From assembly GCA_965279375.1 (NCBI GenBank), contig OZ257156.1, positions 1,280,001-1,344,000 on the forward strand: 64,000 nt of DNA, read 5' to 3'. Shown here piece after piece: positions 58,708 to 64,000 of the stretch. The notes below the pieces were generated by a model, which saw nothing but the letters and a program-made list of their open reading frames with translations, was not told where the DNA came from and did not search any database. Source of the stretch: Gemmatimonas sp. Lineage in GTDB: Bacteria; Gemmatimonadota; Gemmatimonadetes; Gemmatimonadales; Gemmatimonadaceae. Positions within the stretch are counted from its first letter, which is position 1. Every line of letters starts with the position of its first letter. Position numbers and translations under genes: made by a program.

Positions 58708-58847
58708 CGCTCCGCGGACTTCCGCGGCATCGTGCCCGCGTGGGGCGTGTCGCCGATCGTGTCGCGGTCGGACGGCGGGTGACCGGTTCGTCTGGGAGCT
58801 TCGTCCACCGGCTGCGCGCGTGACCGGGAGTCGGCGCAGGCCCGACC

Positions 58848-58958
58848 GCCTAACATCGCATTGCTGCAGTCAGGGCCTTCAAGGACTGCCGCCTTGTTCG
58901 CTGCGCTCACCGGCGGCGTCTTATTGCAGGGCCCTGCTGCAGAATGCAATCGTTAGGC
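58848..58958 (+). repeat. attC family A
   Basis: GCCTAAC...GTTAGGC. Confidence 0.92.
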
Positions 58959-59015
58959 TGCTAGGTGGTTCAACTTTAGCAAGGTTCCGAAGTGAACTCC
59001 CATTCGTGAGGCGTT

Positions 59016-60677
59016 ATGAAGATTCTCAGTGCGCTCTTGCTGACTTCACTCATTGTCTTATCGTCGCCGTCCGGTGCGCAGCAACCACCTAGTCGTACGT
59101 GTCAGTTCAACGCTGGACCACGCGCGGGACAGAGACAGTCGTACCCCCAAGCGCAGCCGATCCCGGTCGGCTCGCCGTGCCAGGATGGTCAGGGCAGCAC
59201 GGGACTCGCCATCGCGGAGCAAGGTCCAAACCCGATCCCTGGCGGCGGTTCAGGCCAGCTGACCCGGACATGTCAGTTCAATGCTGGACCACGCACGGGA
59301 CAGCGACAGTCGTACCCACAAGCGCAGCCGATCCCGGTCGGCTCGCCGTGCCAAGATGGTCAGGGCAGCACGGGACTCACCGTTGCGGAGCAAGGTCCGC
59401 CCCCCGTCCCCGGCGGCGGTTCAGGCCAGCTGACCCGGACATGTCAGTTCAATGCTGGACCACGCGCGGGACAGCGACAGTCGTACCCACAAGCGCAGCC
59501 GATCCCGGTCGGCTCGCCGTGCCAAGATGGTCAGGGCAGCACGGGACTCACCGTTGCGGAGCAAGGTCCGCCCCCCATCCCCGGCGGCGGTTCGGGCCAG
59601 CTGACCCGGACGTGTCAGTTCAACGCTGGACCACGCGCGGGGCAAACGCAGTCGTACCCAGAAGCGCAGCCGATCCCGGTCGGATCGCCGTGTCAGGATG
59701 GTCAGGGCAGCACGGGACTCGCCATCGCGGAGCAAGGTCCAACCCCGATCCCCGGCGGCGGTTCGGGCCAGCTGACCCGGACGTGTCAGTTCAACGCTGG
59801 ACCACGCGCGGGGCAAACGCAGTCGTACCCAGAAGCGCAGCCGATCCCGGTCGGATCGCCGTGTCAGGATGGTCAGGGCAGCACGGGACTCGCCATCGCG
59901 GAGCAAGGTCCAACCCCGATCCCCGGCGGTGGTTCAGGCCAGCTGACCCGGACGTGTCAGTTCAGTACTGGACCGCGCGCGGGGCAGACGCAGACGTACC
60001 CCCAAGCACAGCCGATCCCAGTCGGGTCTCCATGCCAAGATGGTCAAGGCAGCACGGGGACAGCCGTGCCAGACAAGCAACTGACGTCCGCAACACAAAC
60101 CGCGACCTGTCCGGCGGGATTTAGCTGTGCATTCATTCCCGCCACGCAGCTACCCCAGATCAAACCACAACTTACCATGGTCTGGTGCTGGGTCGCATCC
60201 GCCCAAGCGATTTTTCAATACTATGGTCACGATGTAGACCAAGCGACGATCGTATCGCAGGTGCTCGGCCAACCGATTGTCACCGCAGCAAACGCGCAGA
60301 TGATGGTGTCAATGCTTAATCGGCAGTACGTCGATAAGCAGGGCGTTCCGTTTGCTGTTCGCACTCCTTTGCTATGGGACTCCTTCTCCTGGCTCTCGGC
60401 GAACCCGGCCTTTATGGCTAACATCGGCGCGCAACCGCTAAACAATCGCGGAGTTCGTGACGCAATAGCTGCAGGGCGCCCGCTTCTTATTGGCACGAAG
60501 AATCACGCAATGGTGCTCGTCGGCATGATCTACTCAGATGTGAACGGCAACATCATCCCTCGAGCAGGCTACGTACTCGATCCAGCGCCAACCGCCTTCG
60601 GGGGCGCAGTCGGCCTAAGGCAACTTAGCGCAGGAGAAATGACCGCGTACTTTGCCGCAGACGTCACCGTTCAGTAG
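59016..60677 (+). CDS. Secreted protein: 6 Cys-containing repeats + papain-like cysteine peptidase domain
   Basis: Signal peptide; 57-aa repeats; Q....WCWVAS, HAMVLVG, VLDP. Confidence 0.85.
   Translation: MKILSALLLTSLIVLSSPSGAQQPPSRTCQFNAGPRAGQRQSYPQAQPIPVGSPCQDGQGSTGLAIAEQGPNPIPGGGSGQLTRTCQFNAGPRTGQRQSYPQAQPIPVGSPCQDGQGSTGLTVAEQGPPPVPGGGSGQLTRTCQFNAGPRAGQRQSYPQAQPIPVGSPCQDGQGSTGLTVAEQGPPPIPGGGSGQLTRTCQFNAGPRAGQTQSYPEAQPIPVGSPCQDGQGSTGLAIAEQGPTPIPGGGSGQLTRTCQFNAGPRAGQTQSYPEAQPIPVGSPCQDGQGSTGLAIAEQGPTPIPGGGSGQLTRTCQFSTGPRAGQTQTYPQAQPIPVGSPCQDGQGSTGTAVPDKQLTSATQTATCPAGFSCAFIPATQLPQIKPQLTMVWCWVASAQAIFQYYGHDVDQATIVSQVLGQPIVTAANAQMMVSMLNRQYVDKQGVPFAVRTPLLWDSFSWLSANPAFMANIGAQPLNNRGVRDAIAAGRPLLIGTKNHAMVLVGMIYSDVNGNIIPRAGYVLDPAPTAFGGAVGLRQLSAGEMTAYFAADVTVQ
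59097..60060 (+). repeat. Intragenic 171-bp tandem repeat, 5 full + 1 partial
   Basis: TGTCAGTTCA recurs at 171-bp period (59100, 59271, ...). Confidence 0.93.
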
Positions 60678-60757
60678 TAGCGGTCTACAGCAAAGACAGC
60701 CGATCGAACTGCGAAGCTTTGGTTGGTTGCCATGAGCACTCAGACTCGCGCATAGCA

Positions 60758-60876
60758 GCCTAACCTTGCGTTGGTGCAGACAGCCGCTCAGCGGTGCGCC
60801 GTGTAACTGCGGCGCTGGCGCGCCTCCGTTCACGGCTTCCTATTTGAGCGGCTGCAGCACAACGCCATCGTTAGAC
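60758..60876 (+). repeat. attC family B
   Basis: GCCTAAC...GTTAGAC. Confidence 0.92.
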
Positions 60877-61001
60877 AGCCGCATCGTATGTTGATGTCAA
60901 GGCAGCGTCCGGTCGGATCTTTGGTGTTTGTCCGACGCGAGCCGCGCGTCCGGTGTGCAGCGGCCCAAAGCGTATCCGTCGAGATTCGTGAGGCCTCGCG
61001 C

Positions 61002-61029
61002 TTGCCGGGATGTACGGTGTATGTACATT
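61002..61029 (+). promoter_or_regulatory. Putative brnTA promoter/operator
   Basis: TTGCCG-16-TACATT; ATGTAC-N7-GTACAT palindrome. Confidence 0.65.
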
Positions 61030-61035
61030 CCGAAT

Positions 61036-61326
61036 ATGACCGCGCCGGACTTTACGTGGGACCCGAAGAAGGATGCCGCGAACCAGCGCAAGCATGGGGT
61101 CGCCTTTGAGGAGGCGCGCACGGTCTTCGAGGATGATGAGGCGTTGCTCATCCCGGACCCGGCGCATTCGACCGGGGAAGAGCGCTTCGTCCTGCTTGGC
61201 CTGAGTGCGGCGCTGCGCGTGCTCGTGGTGGTGCACTGCGAGCCCGTCGCGGACCAGATCCGGATCATCTCGGCTCGGAAAGCCGATCCCAGCGAACGTC
61301 GGACCTATGCCCGGAGACGCGCCTGA
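61036..61326 (+). CDS. brnT: BrnT-family toxin
   Basis: FTWDPKK...N.RKHGV.FEEA..VF.D...D..HS..EERF...IRIISARKA. Confidence 0.93.
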   Translation: MTAPDFTWDPKKDAANQRKHGVAFEEARTVFEDDEALLIPDPAHSTGEERFVLLGLSAALRVLVVVHCEPVADQIRIISARKADPSERRTYARRRA

Positions 61327-61556
61327 TGAAAGCCCGCTATGACTTCACCGCCGCCACGAAGAACCCGTACGCGAAACGGCTCAAGCAGTCGGTCACGATC
61401 CGCCTCGATGTGTCCACGGTCGCTTACTTCAAGGCGCTGGCCGAGGAGACCGAGCTCCCGTATCAGAGTCTCATCAATCTGTATCTGCGGGATTGCGCGG
61501 CGTCGGGCCGTCGGCCGGCACTGACGTGGCGTCCCACGCGGGCCCGCGCGAGCTGA
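61326..61556 (+). CDS. brnA: BrnA-family antitoxin
   Basis: MK..YDF....KNPY...LK..VTIRLD....YFK.....PYQSLINLYL; TGATG coupling. Confidence 0.9.
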   Translation: MKARYDFTAATKNPYAKRLKQSVTIRLDVSTVAYFKALAEETELPYQSLINLYLRDCAASGRRPALTWRPTRARAS

Positions 61557-61608
61557 CGCGCGCGTGAGTACGGTCGTCCGCGCGCGAGACAACAACGGTA
61601 TTGCGGCT

Positions 61609-61719
61609 GTCTAACATAGCGTTGCTGTTGACAACTGCTTCAAGGATTGTGGCCGTGCTCGCGTCGCTCGCTGGCCACAACCTATTGAAGGCCGTTGCAA
61701 CAGAACGCAATCGTTAGCG
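61609..61719 (+). repeat. attC family A
   Basis: GTCTAAC...GTTAGCG. Confidence 0.92.
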
Positions 61720-61868
61720 AGCCTCGCACGTTTCTGGTCGGATGGATGATCGCTTGATCGCACATCCGCGTTCTCTTTGCAGGGCCGCGTTGGCTAGCCC
61801 GCGTCGGCTGGCGTACCATTGCTCAGTGCCGCGGACATCGCGGCTCGGTCCTTCTCTTCGGGGTGCTG

Positions 61869-62603
61869 ATGTTCGACTCCATTGGTGGCTCCACAAATCG
61901 CCGTGACTTCCTCCGACAGGGCGGCGTCGCCGGTGCCCTGGCGATGTTTCCGGCGGGACAGGCGAGTGCCGCGGAATCGCTAACGTCCGATCCCGGCATG
62001 ACGTCGCGGGCGCTGCGGCCCGACGCGCCCGACGAGCACGGCCCCGCGGCTGGGACGCTCTCCGCCGCGGACCGCACGTGGGACCTGTCGTGGGTCAAGT
62101 CCGTGGGCCGGGCGAAGGACAAGGCCCTCATCGACGCGCCCGGCGTCGACGGCTGGGCGCTCGACATTGCCCAGCGCTACCTCGACGGGTGCGATGCGGT
62201 GTACGGCCGTGAGAAGCACGACGCGCGGGTCGTGCTCAACATTCGCACGCGGGCGATTCCGATTGCGATGTCGGATGCGCTCTGGGCGCGGTTCGCGCTG
62301 GGCGCCGAGTACGAGGTCAAGGATTCGCGCACAAACGAGAACGCCACGCGTAACCCGTTCCTCGCGCGGACGGATGCCGGGTCGTTGCCGTACCTGCTGG
62401 GGCGCGGTGCCATCGTGCTCGTGTGCGACTTCGCAATGGGCCATCTGGCGACCCGACTCGCCACCAAACGCGGCGTCACCGCCGACGCGGTGCACGAGGA
62501 GCTGCTGGCCGGACTCATCCCCGGGGCGATCCCCATGCCGTCTGGCATGTTCGGGCTGGCGAAGGCGCAGAACGCGGGGTGCGCCTTCATCAGCACGACG
62601 TAG
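61869..62603 (+). CDS. Tat-exported protein, DsrE-like C-terminus
   Basis: NRRDFL twin-Arg; RG...LVC..A...LIPG....PSG......AQ..G. Confidence 0.8.
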   Translation: MFDSIGGSTNRRDFLRQGGVAGALAMFPAGQASAAESLTSDPGMTSRALRPDAPDEHGPAAGTLSAADRTWDLSWVKSVGRAKDKALIDAPGVDGWALDIAQRYLDGCDAVYGREKHDARVVLNIRTRAIPIAMSDALWARFALGAEYEVKDSRTNENATRNPFLARTDAGSLPYLLGRGAIVLVCDFAMGHLATRLATKRGVTADAVHEELLAGLIPGAIPMPSGMFGLAKAQNAGCAFISTT

Positions 62604-62689
62604 GTCTCTAGACGCTGTGCATTCGGACGCGCTCGACTACGAGGCGACGCGGGACGCGCCCGTGCGTTGGGATCGTGCGCAGAACGGCT

Positions 62690-62800
62690 CGCTAACCGTG
62701 CGTTGCGCTTGACAGGGCCGCTAGGGATGGCGGCCTGTTCGCTGGCGCTCACTGGCCGCAATTTGTGGAAGGGCACTGCAAGCGAACGCAATCGTTAGAT
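62690..62800 (+). repeat. attC family A
   Basis: CGCTAAC...GTTAGAT. Confidence 0.92.
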
Positions 62801-62952
62801 GGCGGCTCAGAGCGTGGTGTGATCGCGAGCACGTCGAGCGAGATTGGTGTTGGAGTCGTCGCGAGATTTCGCACGGGTCGTGCTCGACAAATCGCGCTAG
62901 AGTGTTTCGCGAACGCGTTCCCAACATCGTGCGGTCCATTGGGAGGTGTGCA

Positions 62953-63249
62953 ATGTCTGAGATGCCGGGTTCGCCGCATTGGGCGGCGTCGTCGGAAGGT
63001 CGGGTCCTCCGCGTCGTCGGGGCCCTGATCGCGGGGATTGATCTGGTGATCGTGTGGTCAGAGCTGCGCGCGGGACAGGCGGTGCCCTGGACCGCGTGGG
63101 CGCGTCCGCTCTGGATGGTGGCGCTCGTCGTGGGCGCGGATCCACGGTTCGCGCGGCGGTGGCCGACGCGACAGCCCGTCACGTGGATGGGGCTCGCCAT
63201 CTTCGGGATGCTGTACCTCGTGGCACGCGTAGCGACGCGCGGCTCGTAG
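62953..63249 (+). CDS. Small 3-TM membrane protein (copy 5)
   Basis: Close paralog of 7286. Confidence 0.8.
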   Translation: MSEMPGSPHWAASSEGRVLRVVGALIAGIDLVIVWSELRAGQAVPWTAWARPLWMVALVVGADPRFARRWPTRQPVTWMGLAIFGMLYLVARVATRGS

Positions 63250-63393
63250 TCCGTCGGGACGCACCGTCGGCCTTCCGCGAATACTCGCCCGTACCGCGAT
63301 GGGATCCGTGTGACGGTATCCAGTTCGCGTTCCCGCGGCCTCGCGTCGCACAACCGGCCCGTGTGGCCGCGAGACCGCGCGCCGCATGCCGCC

Positions 63394-63512
63394 ATCTAAC
63401 CTCGCGTTGGTGCAGTCGGCCGCTCAGCGGTGCGCCGTGTAACTGCGGCGCTGGCGCGCCTCCGTTCACGGCTTCCTATTTGAGCGGCCGCAGCACAACG
63501 CAATCGTTAGGC
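63394..63512 (+). repeat. attC family B
   Basis: ATCTAAC...GTTAGGC. Confidence 0.92.
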
Positions 63513-63541
63513 CGAACTCAGACATTGCCAAGGAGGACAAT

Positions 63542-64000
63542 CTGATTGAGATCAAGCTGTCGGGCGCATCGTGGCGCTATGACCCGGAGGCACCCTTAGG
63601 AAAGGCTGGTGGATTTGGCGCAGTCTTTAGAGGACTATCAGAGTCCGGCGAAACGGTCGCCGTCAAGCGCCTGCACCTTAGCGCAAACGAGGCTGCGCAT
63701 CGCGAATTGAGCATCGCGCGCGACCTCGCCAATCGAGCTCTTGAGAACGTCGTGCCAGTCCTAGACTCAGGCCAAGATGCAGAGTCGGATGCATACTTCA
63801 TTGTTATGCCACTCGCCGAGTGCAACCTCGCCGAGTTTGTCGCGATTCACGGCAAACTCGAGGAATCCGAGGCGATCAGCATTCTGCTTCAGATCGTTAG
63901 AGGTCTGGAGTCCGTGTCGCATATCGTGCATAGGGATCTCAAGCCTGCAAACGTTCTACTTCGCGAGGGTCGCTGGAACGTAGCCGACTTCGGCATCGCG
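63542..64000 (+). CDS. Hanks-type Ser/Thr protein kinase, 3'-truncated
   Basis: Hand translation: GKAGGFGAVF, VAVK, HRDLKPANV, DFGIA; AAGGAGG RBS then CTG. Confidence 0.9.
   Translation, partial: MIEIKLSGASWRYDPEAPLGKAGGFGAVFRGLSESGETVAVKRLHLSANEAAHRELSIARDLANRALENVVPVLDSGQDAESDAYFIVMPLAECNLAEFVAIHGKLEESEAISILLQIVRGLESVSHIVHRDLKPANVLLREGRWNVADFGIA

Larger units (their letters stand above)
1..64000 (+). mobile_element. Integron gene-cassette array (59 attC sites; integrase not in window)
   Basis: Co-oriented palindromic repeats TAAC...GTTAG separate 1-3-gene units throughout; many stop codons are the TAA of the R'' box. Confidence 0.97.

Noticed and set aside
539..63512. CRISPR array or REP/BIME interpretation of the periodic repeats
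   Set aside because: Repeats are about 110 bp, separated by whole genes, have TAAC/GTTAG core boxes, and no cas genes are present; this fits attC
1..64000. Integron integrase, attI, IS transposase or reverse transcriptase
   Set aside because: No ORF shows tyrosine-recombinase, DDE or YADD-type motifs
1..64000. tRNA, rRNA or known antibiotic-resistance cassettes
   Set aside because: None recognised; the pentapeptide protein is a nuclease fusion rather than Qnr

Overview
The whole window is the interior of a very large integron gene-cassette array (super-integron type). I count 59 co-oriented attC sites, each running from RYYYAAC-like xxxTAAC to GTTAGxx as an imperfect inverted repeat of about 96-139 bp. 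They delimit 58 complete cassettes and 2 partial ones. No intI, attI or Pc is visible in the window. The attC sites fall into two resident families (A, about 42 copies; B, 15 copies) plus two singletons. Cargo includes 9 toxin-antitoxin cassettes, many lower-GC defence-like cassettes (GIY-YIG+HEPN-like, pentapeptide-Mrr, TIR-REase+nuclease, HEPN-like-TPR, ABC-ATPase-TOPRIM, HD-HSP90, Fic, Mrr-like, SIR2-like, DUF4145, Ser/Thr kinase), lipoproteins and secreted proteins, and multi-copy high-GC cassettes (HAD x5, 3-TM protein x5, carboxypeptidase-regulatory/plug x3, several x2). The high GC and gene types suggest a Gemmatimonadota-like host, which is an inference only. Notable structural observations: cassette-specific 10-15 bp terminal inverted repeats extending the core sites, chimeric attC sites and a chimeric HAD gene, a probable fused double cassette with a foreign attC, an ORF-less cassette, apparently leaderless TA promoters, and two genes missed by the ORF track. 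All family assignments are from motif recognition by eye; no database search was run.
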